IMG/VR virus record: IMGVR_UViG_3300048929_000185
Coordinates: 59,207 to 123,206 of that record
Source: a virus
Length of the DNA stretch: 64,000 bases
Reading direction: 5' to 3' (one strand)
Shown here: positions 1-7,966 of the stretch, piece by piece
Layout: each line of letters opens with the position of its first letter
Position numbering within the stretch: position 1 is the stretch's first letter
Notes under the pieces: model-generated
What the model was told of the DNA's origin: nothing
Database searches by the model: none
What the model saw: only the letters and a program-made list of their open reading frames with translations
Position numbers and translations under genes: made by a program

Positions 1-128
1 TGCTAGGATAATATTTGCTTGTAAGAGGATTATCATTTTTAGATATATCTGTCACACCCTCAAAAGTACGTTTTACTATTTTAATATTAGTTACCTGCAT
101 TCTTATTTCCTCCTTTAAAACCTGTTTT

Positions 129-266
129 TTATCTGCACATATCAAATGGAATATAGTAACACTCACCATTACAAAGCATATATTCAAAGCCAAATTTTGT
201 TATCGTTGTAATAGTTCCGTTGATGTTATTTTCTCTCATGTATCTAGTAGCTAGACATTTTTCCAT
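129..266 (-). CDS. Small hypothetical early protein (45 aa, MEKCLATRYM...)
   Basis: Read manually; GGAGGG RBS upstream; below the ORF-track cutoff. Confidence 0.6.
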   Translation of the reverse strand: MEKCLATRYMRENNINGTITTITKFGFEYMLCNGECYYIPFDMCR

Positions 267-285
267 TCTATTCCCTCCTTAAAAT

Positions 286-486
286 CTATTTTTCATGGTG
301 TATTGACGCACCCATTTTATTGCCACATGAACACCTGATCTCCAATGTGATTTTTTCTAATTTGCCATTAATGGATTCACAATAATGATGTGTTGGCACT
401 ATCCAAGCTTCCTTTCCGCACCTATTGCATACAACACTAAAATCTTCATTATTTCCATATTCTTCTGTTCCAAATGGTCTAATCAT
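286..486 (-). CDS. Small zinc-finger-like hypothetical protein
   Basis: CNRC and CSC motifs; AAGGAG RBS. Confidence 0.7.
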   Translation of the reverse strand: MIRPFGTEEYGNNEDFSVVCNRCGKEAWIVPTHHYCESINGKLEKITLEIRCSCGNKMGASIHHEK

Positions 487-520
487 TTTACATTCTCCTT
501 TTCATTTTAAAATTACAATT

Positions 521-790
521 TTAATTATATCCTAGACATGTTTTACAAGCTCCTACAAGCGCGTGATCCGTTAACATTTGTCTGGTAATAATTGCATAAG
601 CTAATTGACGGTCGAGCAATGCTTTTTCTGTTAAGTGCTTGATTACATCGCTACCGTCTCCCATTTCAAAACAAGCATCGAATTCCCTGTCGTCTTCTCC
701 TCTGCGTGGTCTTCCTGACTTTATCATACTGGCTGCTAATGTTGCTCTTGCTTTTGCGGTTTTTACTGTATATGGATTTCTTTTATTCAT
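521..790 (-). CDS. Hypothetical early protein
   Basis: ORF in leftward array; AAAGG RBS. Confidence 0.7.
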   Translation of the reverse strand: MNKRNPYTVKTAKARATLAASMIKSGRPRRGEDDREFDACFEMGDGSDVIKHLTEKALLDRQLAYAIITRQMLTDHALVGACKTCLGYN

Positions 791-842
791 AATATTTAAA
801 CCTTTCTTTTATTTTTATAAGCCATTGAAAATTACATTTTAT

Positions 843-1028
843 TTACATTATTTCTACATTATACTTTTTACTATCTATTGCTTGACCCGTGTATCCATCT
901 CCACAAAAATCTGAAACATTCATTGCTTCGGTTTTATTCCCTGTGATTGCTAAAATCTTATAAAAAACAGTTTCGCTATGTGAATATTGAGATATTTCAT
1001 TGTTCTCTTTGTTTAACACTTTAAACAT
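843..1028 (-). CDS. Hypothetical early protein (start MFKVLNK)
   Basis: GAGAGGG RBS precedes ATG at 1028. Confidence 0.65.
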   Translation of the reverse strand: MFKVLNKENNEISQYSHSETVFYKILAITGNKTEAMNVSDFCGDGYTGQAIDSKKYNVEIM

Positions 1029-1074
1029 ATTTATTGCCCTCTCTTTCCAAAGGAAACTTACTTTTGAACCGCTT

Positions 1075-1719
1075 CTATGCAAATACTTTTCCATCTGATT
1101 CTCTTATTTTAAAGTTTCTATACTCGACCACTGGCTTCCCAAAATGTTCAACACAATCTTTAAAAAATCTTGCATCGAAACAGCTGTATTTTGATTGACG
1201 TAAATTATCGCTTATTTTATTGTGTGTAACTTCTTCGGATAAATCATGCCAACCCTTATATATTGCAAGGCTGCAATCATAGAAATTAATATACACGTCA
1301 GAGCGTTTTATTGCCCTTTTAGCCGTTATTTTGATAGCATCAGTATATTGTGCATACTGGCAAGGTGAAACGCCTTTAAACACGATTTTATCAGCTACAG
1401 GGAAGCCAAATTCATTCATATAAACAAGAGTGTATTTGTTCCCTTTGATCAACTTGGCGTTGATAATTGCTTTCTGAAATGGTTCTGCATTCTCAATATA
1501 AAACTGCCTGAATTCGTCTACTGTGTCCGGTTCCATTTCTCCAGATTCTATAAAATAAGCAAGCACATTTTCGTCTGTCAATTCCCTTTGCCATCTTTTG
1601 CAAAAAGAAAAGAGTAATTTTTCATACTCTTCTTTTGTATGTGCCTGTGATGTAACCGTAAAATATTCCTCTGCGATATGATTGTAAAATCCTGCGTTAC
1701 TTCTGATATATGGCAACAT
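1075..1719 (-). CDS. Hypothetical early protein (214 aa)
   Basis: Long ORF; GGAGG RBS. Confidence 0.8.
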   Translation of the reverse strand: MLPYIRSNAGFYNHIAEEYFTVTSQAHTKEEYEKLLFSFCKRWQRELTDENVLAYFIESGEMEPDTVDEFRQFYIENAEPFQKAIINAKLIKGNKYTLVYMNEFGFPVADKIVFKGVSPCQYAQYTDAIKITAKRAIKRSDVYINFYDCSLAIYKGWHDLSEEVTHNKISDNLRQSKYSCFDARFFKDCVEHFGKPVVEYRNFKIRESDGKVFA

Positions 1720-1721
1720 GT

Positions 1722-1922
1722 TTATTCCTCCCGTACTTCTTGTTTATTGTCAATGTAATCATATAAATCTGCAAGAGTTTCAAAAGTCTCTGTATAATCC
1801 TCTGGCGTTTGTAAATAAAAATATCGTATTTTCATGTTTTCAATCCAGATATATGTTTTGTATCCCTTATAATCACAATCTTCCAAATAAGCAGAAAAAC
1901 TTGTTCTATTATATCTTGACAT
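1722..1922 (-). CDS. Hypothetical early protein
   Basis: GGAGGT RBS; packed between neighbours. Confidence 0.7.
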   Translation of the reverse strand: MSRYNRTSFSAYLEDCDYKGYKTYIWIENMKIRYFYLQTPEDYTETFETLADLYDYIDNKQEVREE

Positions 1923-1939
1923 ATTCTATATCCACCTCC

Positions 1940-2515
1940 TCAAACTAATAATAATGCTTCTTTTCTGTTTACATCTCTAAGATTGTGAAAATTCGGTTTC
2001 ATGTTGCCTATATAAGTTGAACCGACAGGAGCAGTACAATAACCTAAATTAACCCAACCTTTTGGCATTTCTGTCATAACTTCAATACTTCTTTCTTTTG
2101 CAAATTCTTTTACTTTTCTAACCTTTTCTTCTGTAGCTGTTTCACCTATGGCACTTGAAAATAATCTGAACGTTTCGTCAATTAATTTTCCCTTGTTTTC
2201 TTCAGTTGCTTCATACATCCAGTCAAAATTTATAACTGCTCGTTTACCGTCTTCACTCCGCTTGCTCTGAGGATTATACATTATCCAGCATCTACCCTCT
2301 GTATCTGTTACATACGTTGAAATACACCAATATGTTTCTAAAACTCTATCTATATATCCGTGCTGTTTCCACAAAACCGGAAGTGCATGACTCCCTCCCC
2401 AATTAGTGCACAATGATAGTTCAATCGTAAGTGTCTCACCTTTTGCATTTGGTTCTGCAAATTTATACCACCATACTCTTTCTGCTGACTGTTCTACTGT
2501 GTATTCTTTTTTCAT
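1940..2515 (-). CDS. Hypothetical early protein
   Basis: GGAGGT RBS before ATG at 2515. Confidence 0.8.
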   Translation of the reverse strand: MKKEYTVEQSAERVWWYKFAEPNAKGETLTIELSLCTNWGGSHALPVLWKQHGYIDRVLETYWCISTYVTDTEGRCWIMYNPQSKRSEDGKRAVINFDWMYEATEENKGKLIDETFRLFSSAIGETATEEKVRKVKEFAKERSIEVMTEMPKGWVNLGYCTAPVGSTYIGNMKPNFHNLRDVNRKEALLLV

Positions 2516-2606
2516 GATAACTACCTCCATTTAATTTAACTTAATTATTCCCACTATTAAAGCCACCGGAACGCTGTCCAATGGCTTTAAACTGTGGATA
2601 AAAGTA

Positions 2607-2813
2607 CTATTCTATGTGTATTAATGATTCTCTAACCACTTTCAAAAGTGCGGTAAAATTATCTTCATGTATTGTATAATCTGAATAATAGTTTTTAAGT
2701 TTCCAACCGCTTTTGCAACCAATGACGCACCAAAACCCATCATCATCTTTATATATATCTTTAATGGCAGCGTGATACTTTTTAGGTATCCTATTTAATA
2801 ATTTTTTATCCAT
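2607..2813 (-). CDS. Hypothetical early protein
   Basis: AGGAG RBS. Confidence 0.7.
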   Translation of the reverse strand: MDKKLLNRIPKKYHAAIKDIYKDDDGFWCVIGCKSGWKLKNYYSDYTIHEDNFTALLKVVRESLIHIE

Positions 2814-2856
2814 ATATGTTATCTCCTGTTTGTTTTAGGTTAAAATCCGCATTTTA

Positions 2857-3027
2857 TTAAGCAAATAGGTTCATGGGTTTCATAGTCTTACTTGCTACCC
2901 AAGACTTCCAACCATATGAATAATAAACGTTTGTATATTCTGGATTTTCGTTACTGAATACGATTGCCTCTTCTTCAAAATCAAATGTATAAAAATCATG
3001 CGTTTTGTTATCTGTATAACGTTCCAT
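2857..3027 (-). CDS. Small hypothetical protein (56 aa, MERYTDNK...)
   Basis: Read manually; GGAAGG RBS; fills the gap between two intergenic motifs. Confidence 0.6.
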   Translation of the reverse strand: MERYTDNKTHDFYTFDFEEEAIVFSNENPEYTNVYYSYGWKSWVASKTMKPMNLFA

Positions 3028-3069
3028 TTGATTACCTTCCCTTTTACTGTCAAAGAATAGTTTTATTTA

Positions 3070-3312
3070 CTATTGTTTAAGTACGGAAAAACCTTTTTCG
3101 TTTTCCATATCGTAAAATAAACTTGCTTCTTCTAATGATATTTCATCTATTGATTCTATATCATGTGTTTTATAATGATATTTCATCATATCAGTTTTCA
3201 AGAAATTCCATACTTGTTCTCTTGATGGCTGTTCTACATCTGATTTAATGCAAATACCGTAACTATCAGTGAATAAAATTTCATAATACTTTGTGTTCTT
3301 GCAATATTTCAT
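3070..3312 (-). CDS. Hypothetical early protein
   Basis: GAGGAGG RBS. Confidence 0.7.
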   Translation of the reverse strand: MKYCKNTKYYEILFTDSYGICIKSDVEQPSREQVWNFLKTDMMKYHYKTHDIESIDEISLEEASLFYDMENEKGFSVLKQ

Positions 3313-3349
3313 CTTCTTTTCCTCCTCATAAAATAATCGTTTAATTGGT

Positions 3350-3559
3350 TTAATACTTCAATGTAAAATCATCTGTTAAAAGAATGTCGTGTACCCCTTT
3401 AATGAAATGAACGTATCCTTTCTGATTTATGTACCATTCCTGCCCCTTTGTGTTATAGATATTGTTTGATGTGTAACTACCTACAACACTGTTTATAAGT
3501 TCTTCTTTTAGCTTTATACAAGCATTATTTGTATAGGCTTCTTTAATACAGTAGGCCAT
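3350..3559 (-). CDS. Hypothetical early protein
   Basis: GGAGG RBS. Confidence 0.7.
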   Translation of the reverse strand: MAYCIKEAYTNNACIKLKEELINSVVGSYTSNNIYNTKGQEWYINQKGYVHFIKGVHDILLTDDFTLKY

Positions 3560-3582
3560 GTCATTTCCTCCATTCTACACCT

Positions 3583-3651
3583 ACGGACTTGTGACCGTCT
3601 GACTTGCGTCAGGTGCATTAAAACGGCTATGTGTCAGCCGTTTCACTCTGC
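3583..3651 (-). ncRNA. Twister self-cleaving ribozyme, circularly permuted (P5-type)
   Basis: Minus strand GCAGAGUG-[P1 hairpin AAACGGCU..AGCCGUUU]-UAAUGCAC-[P3 CUGAC gcaa GUCAG]-ACGGUCACAAGUCCGU matches the twister core; predicted U|A cleavage at 3620/3619. Confidence 0.8.
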
Positions 3652-3654
3652 TGA

Positions 3655-3990
3655 TTAATAAGTATACATAGTTTCAATGTCTACCCATTTGTTATTTTCT
3701 TCATTATAAAGTTTTCCGGTACAACCATCTAACCAACTAGCTTTTATAAACCAATCACCAGAAAACTCAAAGTATTTGTAAGAAATATTATAATTTGCTT
3801 CAAGTAATTTTAATATTACTGTTTTAGGAACTCCTTCTCTTCCGGCAGATAAATAACATCCACATTCCCCTTCTTTTCTTGCTTCTTCAATTTTGTCTAA
3901 ACATTTAATCAATGCTTTTGGTTCTGTCTCCATTCTCATATTTTCCGCTTTTGGCACATGAATTTCTTTGATTGTTCCGTTCTTTTTCAT
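3655..3990 (-). CDS. Hypothetical early protein
   Basis: ORF in leftward array. Confidence 0.7.
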   Translation of the reverse strand: MKKNGTIKEIHVPKAENMRMETEPKALIKCLDKIEEARKEGECGCYLSAGREGVPKTVILKLLEANYNISYKYFEFSGDWFIKASWLDGCTGKLYNEENNKWVDIETMYTY

Positions 3991-4037
3991 AATTATTATT
4001 CTCTCTTTCCGCCACGTAAGGCTATAAAATTCGGTAT

Positions 4038-4211
4038 TTATTGATTAGTCATTTCTTCGATTCTATTTGTTACCTGTTCAATTTTACCATCTATTGCAAT
4101 CAAGCTTGATACAAGCTGCCAGTCGTAACCGCTACCTAATTCCTTGCAAATCATTTCTCTTTTATCTTTCATTCTTTGTAAATCGGTAATTAAATAATCA
4201 ATCTGTTTCAT
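4038..4211 (-). CDS. Small coiled-coil hypothetical protein (start MKQIDY)
   Basis: GAGAGG RBS before ATG at 4211. Confidence 0.65.
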   Translation of the reverse strand: MKQIDYLITDLQRMKDKREMICKELGSGYDWQLVSSLIAIDGKIEQVTNRIEEMTNQ

Positions 4212-4246
4212 ATTTATGTCCTCTCTTTTCTGATAAAATGGATATT

Positions 4247-4423
4247 TTAACGTTCCCAATAGTAACCAGATCCGTCTAATAACGTAATCTGTACGCCATC
4301 TGCGTCTGCTTGAATGTCTGCAACCTGATTCATGTCAATCATGTCTCCGTTTCCAAATCTGCCAAATAAAAAAGCACTTATGACAAGTGCGGTTGTGATG
4401 ATTGCATATTTGATTTTTCTCAT
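4247..4423 (-). CDS. Small membrane-anchored protein (58 aa, MRKIKYAIITTALVISAFLFG...)
   Basis: Read manually; AAAGGTG RBS; N-terminal hydrophobic helix. Confidence 0.65.
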   Translation of the reverse strand: MRKIKYAIITTALVISAFLFGRFGNGDMIDMNQVADIQADADGVQITLLDGSGYYWER

Positions 4424-4499
4424 ATTTATACACCTTTCTTTATAATTATTCGCTTAATAGAAATGAGCCTATAACCTGTAACAGCTATAAGCCCTTGTT

Positions 4500-5408
4500 T
4501 CACGCTTCAATTTTCAAATCGTTAAACATTTCATTTACGTCCGTTTCGTAATATTCACACAAGGCTGAAAACGACTTAATAACGCATTGCCATTCATCTT
4601 CCTTTACATATTGTAACCATGGTTGCTTTCCTCTGTTCTGTAAATCAATGTGGTATTTATTTTTGAGTTGTTTGTATAAGTCGTTCCATACTTTACCATA
4701 ACCTACGTGTGCGTACTTGGAAAGCTTTCTGACTGCAAAATTAATACGGCTTCTATCTTCCCATTCAAGGATTCCATTTGCAAGCGCCTTGTTTGTACTT
4801 TCCAATTTGGTATTTGACTGTTCCAACTGTTTAATATGTCGGTTCTTATAATCCATCATCTTTGTTGTTGCAATCATAATAGCGTCAGGATCACCACTGG
4901 CATATGCCATACCAACAGACAGAGCAAGTGTTTGTTCTTCTGTGATATCAGCCGTTTTAATTTCTGGCGTTGCCCTTTCTTCTATATTAAGAAGTTGAGT
5001 GCGGATCTCTTTGGCTATTTCGGAATCTCTGAGCAACATTCCGACTCTTAATATTGCCCTTCTAGTAAATAAGAGGTTATTTCTATTATTAAATCTGATG
5101 TTTTCGCAAGTGAAATATCCTCTAAAGTTAGCAAGGTCCCTAGAGAACCTTCCTAAAAATTCCTTTGTTTCTGTACCTGTTAGATTTTTTAATCCATCTT
5201 CTTCAATTTCTTCTCTGTTGTCTTTTACAAGGGATTTAATTGCCTCAAGTCCCACCTCGTAATACTCGGCTACTTGCTGAGTTGTTGCTAAATCAGTGTT
5301 GGGGATAAGAAGTAACTTCTTTACCTTTTCCAGTGTTTCAACCCTTGAAACCATTTCTTCTCTTAATTCTTTGCTTTCCAATAACTCATTTGCTTCTAAT
5401 GTATACAT
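4500..5408 (-). CDS. Phage antirepressor-like DNA-binding protein
   Basis: ATTQQVAEYYEV and FTRRAILRVGMLLRDSEIAKEIR motifs plus coiled coil; AAGGAGG RBS. Confidence 0.65.
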   Translation of the reverse strand: MYTLEANELLESKELREEMVSRVETLEKVKKLLLIPNTDLATTQQVAEYYEVGLEAIKSLVKDNREEIEEDGLKNLTGTETKEFLGRFSRDLANFRGYFTCENIRFNNRNNLLFTRRAILRVGMLLRDSEIAKEIRTQLLNIEERATPEIKTADITEEQTLALSVGMAYASGDPDAIMIATTKMMDYKNRHIKQLEQSNTKLESTNKALANGILEWEDRSRINFAVRKLSKYAHVGYGKVWNDLYKQLKNKYHIDLQNRGKQPWLQYVKEDEWQCVIKSFSALCEYYETDVNEMFNDLKIEA

Positions 5409-5464
5409 TTTTCCTCCTTTATTTTTGATTATTTATGCAGTTTATTACATATTCATACAGACAA

Positions 5465-6000
5465 TAAGCCAATGATTCCAAAATAAGAAATTCACTACAT
5501 ATTAAGGATTGTGTAGCAGAGCCTCTCCTGATGAGTAGTTGCCAAGAGCCTTAATCATTGTTCCTTCCATACGTCTCAGATATGTTTGGTTTATATATTT
5601 GCCTGCATGATAAATAATAAAATGTATAACTGTTTATCCGTTCTATAATTGATTGCCTATAACAAATAGGACTTTGTGATTCCGTTCTATTCTTCTGCCT
5701 GATACTCACAGGCTCGTTATTTCGTTCAATTTGGATTCCAGTATTGTCCTATGGAATTTGTTTATTTCTATGCCGTAATGCAAGCTGATTTCACTTGCTG
5801 ACAGCTTCTATATATTCTTACGTGTCTACTTTTTCAGGACTGCCTAACCTATGGACAATGGCTACATTCTTCACTGTAGCAGATTCAAGGAAAGTCACTT
5901 TTCACATCACGTCTTAACCGTATAGAATCGGTTATGTGCAATATTCGGTTTTTTGTTATGCCGTTCAATATGTGATCAGCTTCGCCACTGATATTTTCTA
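5465..6000 (-). ncRNA. Candidate large structured ncRNA or 5' leader
   Basis: No ORF >=60 aa; many hairpins and a long-range helix 5743-5754/5848-5859; downstream of the minus-strand promoter at 6140-6168. Confidence 0.45.
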
Positions 6001-6023
6001 AGGAAATTTGTGTGCGATTGCAC

Positions 6024-6125
6024 TTGAAAAGTTAATAAAAGAATGTTAAAATACTTACATCAACTTTCAAGTTGTAGAGAAAAGAGTTTTCATTGATTGG
6101 TCGTCGGTGGAACTCTTTTCTTATT
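6024..6125 (+). ncRNA. Candidate antisense sRNA with own promoter and terminator
   Basis: TTGAAA-17-TAAAAT (6024-6052), then hairpin AAAAGAGTTTTCATTGA-TTGGTCG-TCGGTGGAACTCTTTT. Confidence 0.5.
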
Positions 6126-6139
6126 TCCTTTGATGATAT

Positions 6140-6168
6140 AAGTATAACACGATTTTTGTTATTTGTCA
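6140..6168 (-). promoter_or_regulatory. Sigma70-type promoter overlapping an ATAAC..GTTAT operator
   Basis: TTGACA-17-TATACT with extended TG; related palindrome ATAAC-N7-GTTAT at 6426-6442. Confidence 0.7.
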
Positions 6169-6392
6169 ACACTATTTTTGTTACTTTTTAAATCATTTTC
6201 ATGTCTGAGTATGTCTCCTATGTCGCAGTTAAACAGATTGCATATATCGTCTAAAAGCTTAACTGGAATCTGTTTTGACTTATTATTACACAGATCGTTG
6301 ATAGTTGGAAGTCTAGCGTCTATTTTATTTGCTAATTCCTTTTGTGTTAACTCATGTTCAGCTAATAGGACTTTGAGTCTGGATTTAATCAC
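6159..6392 (-). CDS. XRE/Cro-C1 HTH transcriptional regulator
   Basis: RLKVLLAEHELTQKELANKID..LDDICNLFNCDIGDIL; GTG start after AAGGTGG. Confidence 0.85.
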   Translation of the reverse strand: MIKSRLKVLLAEHELTQKELANKIDARLPTINDLCNNKSKQIPVKLLDDICNLFNCDIGDILRHENDLKSNKNSVDK

Positions 6393-6535
6393 AATATCAC
6401 CACCTTTATAGTTAATGGTTATATTATAACACAAATCGTTATGTACTAACATTCCTTTATTAACTTTTCAAGGTTCACACATCAAATTTAGTTTGGGATT
6501 TTCGTCCAGAAAGAAATACAAACGTATGTTTAGAC

Positions 6536-6640
6536 TTGAAACATTAGTTTCAATGTGATACACTCAGACTGTGTAAAGTGGTGTATCGCCATACGTTCAT
6601 GGGTCTGATAGTTGGAAGCTGTCAGGCTCATTTTTATTTC
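6536..6640 (+). ncRNA. Second candidate antisense sRNA with own promoter and terminator
   Basis: TTGAAA-17-TACACT, then hairpin ATGGGTCTGATAG-TTGGAAG-CTGTCAGGCTCAT-TTTTT. Confidence 0.4.
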
Positions 6641-6728
6641 CTATCGGTACAAGCTGTGAACCACTTGTCGTAATAGCCTTTGTGTGAATTGCACCCACTC
6701 CCATAATGTTCTATGGGTAAGACTTGAG

Positions 6729-6926
6729 TTAAGGCTTAATGTTTAAATATGGTTTAATGTTGATTGTGTCTGAAATGTCGGACAGCTTGGAGCATAACAC
6801 GTTTTGGATCTCTTCCTCTATGTCTACTTGAAATGCAAGTGATTTGAATACCTTTCTGCACTTCTTTACAATCTCGTCTTGGATTGCTTGCGGTAACTGA
6901 CATACGTATACTACCATGATTATCAT
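6729..6926 (-). CDS. Hypothetical protein
   Basis: AAAGGA RBS. Confidence 0.6.
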   Translation of the reverse strand: MIIMVVYVCQLPQAIQDEIVKKCRKVFKSLAFQVDIEEEIQNVLCSKLSDISDTINIKPYLNIKP

Positions 6927-6939
6927 TCCTTTCTGTCAT

Positions 6940-6994
6940 ATCCTGACTGGCAATTAAGCCAGTCGTCGTAATTCTCAACAACTCGTCAGAGGAT
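6940..6994 (-). ncRNA. Hammerhead-like ribozyme, degenerate (GAC in place of GAAAC)
   Basis: AUCCU-CUGACGA-[stem II]-GAC-[UGGC..GCCA]-GUC-AGGAU. Confidence 0.45.
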
Positions 6995-7279
6995 TTATAA
7001 TTTGTCATAAGCTTCGGCTTCAACCACTGTGTGAGTGTGTGCTATATAGTCTTTACTGCTTCCAGATCTGACACAACTAACAGTTACCCCGTATCCTTTT
7101 GATAAAAAGTTATTGTATCTTACATTGATTGAAAACACTTCGTTAGACTCATCAAAGAGTCCATTACTTTTGAAATTTTCAATGTTGCCACTAGATTCTA
7201 ATATAGATATCTTATTTGAAGATACTTCGAATATTTTTGCAATTGCTTTCGTTACTGCCTTTTTAGTTGTCTTCGTCAT
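6995..7279 (-). CDS. Hypothetical protein (start MTKTTKK)
   Basis: AAGGTAGGG RBS; directly downstream of promoter 7338-7366. Confidence 0.65.
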   Translation of the reverse strand: MTKTTKKAVTKAIAKIFEVSSNKISILESSGNIENFKSNGLFDESNEVFSINVRYNNFLSKGYGVTVSCVRSGSSKDYIAHTHTVVEAEAYDKL

Positions 7280-7337
7280 AACATTCCCTACCTTTCGAGT
7301 AACTTGTTTGTGTGTTATGTATTTCTTAACTGTCTTT

Positions 7338-7366
7338 ATTATACTACATATATCTAGTATTTGCAA
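7338..7366 (-). promoter_or_regulatory. Leftward early promoter with TAGATATAT operator repeats
   Basis: TTGCAA-17-TATAAT; ATATATCT-type repeats near 7347, 7385, 7411, 7432 and 7940. Confidence 0.65.
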
Positions 7367-7498
7367 GTTATTTCTTGTATTTTGTAGATATAATATTGCA
7401 CAAACATAATAGATATATCTTGTATATTATGTACATATCTTTTATAATAAAGACTATGCTATGATGTACTACTGTCCACAAGAAAGGAATAATGAATT

Positions 7499-7720
7499 AT
7501 GACATATACAAATACTCCTGATATACTGAATTATATCCGTCAGTTGATGGTAAAGAAACGTATGCAAGTAAAGGATATAGCCATTAATATGAACAAGTCG
7601 CAAGGCGCTACAAGTGCATTACTGCGTCAGGAGAATATAAGCCTTGAATCCCTGAATGAGATCTGTCAGGCAATGGATTGTCAGTTAGTCATTGATATCG
7701 TCCCAATGGATCGCGAATAG
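7499..7720 (+). CDS. XRE-family HTH regulator
   Basis: MQVKDIAINMNKSQGATSALL..SLESLNEICQAMDCQL. Confidence 0.85.
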   Translation: MTYTNTPDILNYIRQLMVKKRMQVKDIAINMNKSQGATSALLRQENISLESLNEICQAMDCQLVIDIVPMDRE

Positions 7721-7937
7721 TTTTGTATGATCCTGATTCGCTACTACTGCTATGTATGTGTTATTTGGCTCGTAATCGTAACTATTTGCCCTTGTAATGC
7801 GTTTAGGCTAGGATTGTTAGCATAAAGGATTTAAGCCGTAAATGAGCCGTTTAAGCGTGTTATAATGCATTGTGTTGGTGTTTATGTTATTACTGTATTT
7901 CGTTTGGTTATGTAAGAACACTCGTTTGTATGTTATT

Positions 7938-7966
7938 ACTATATATCTTTGTCTAGAATCTGTCAA
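7938..7966 (-). promoter_or_regulatory. Sigma70-type promoter
   Basis: TTGACA-17-TATAGT; SOS-box-like GAACACTCGTTT just downstream (7915-7926). Confidence 0.6.

Noticed and set aside
60-75. AAAAGTACGTTTTA as another cassette motif
   Set aside because: Lies inside a partial minus-strand ORF (ATG at 100) rather than at a junction
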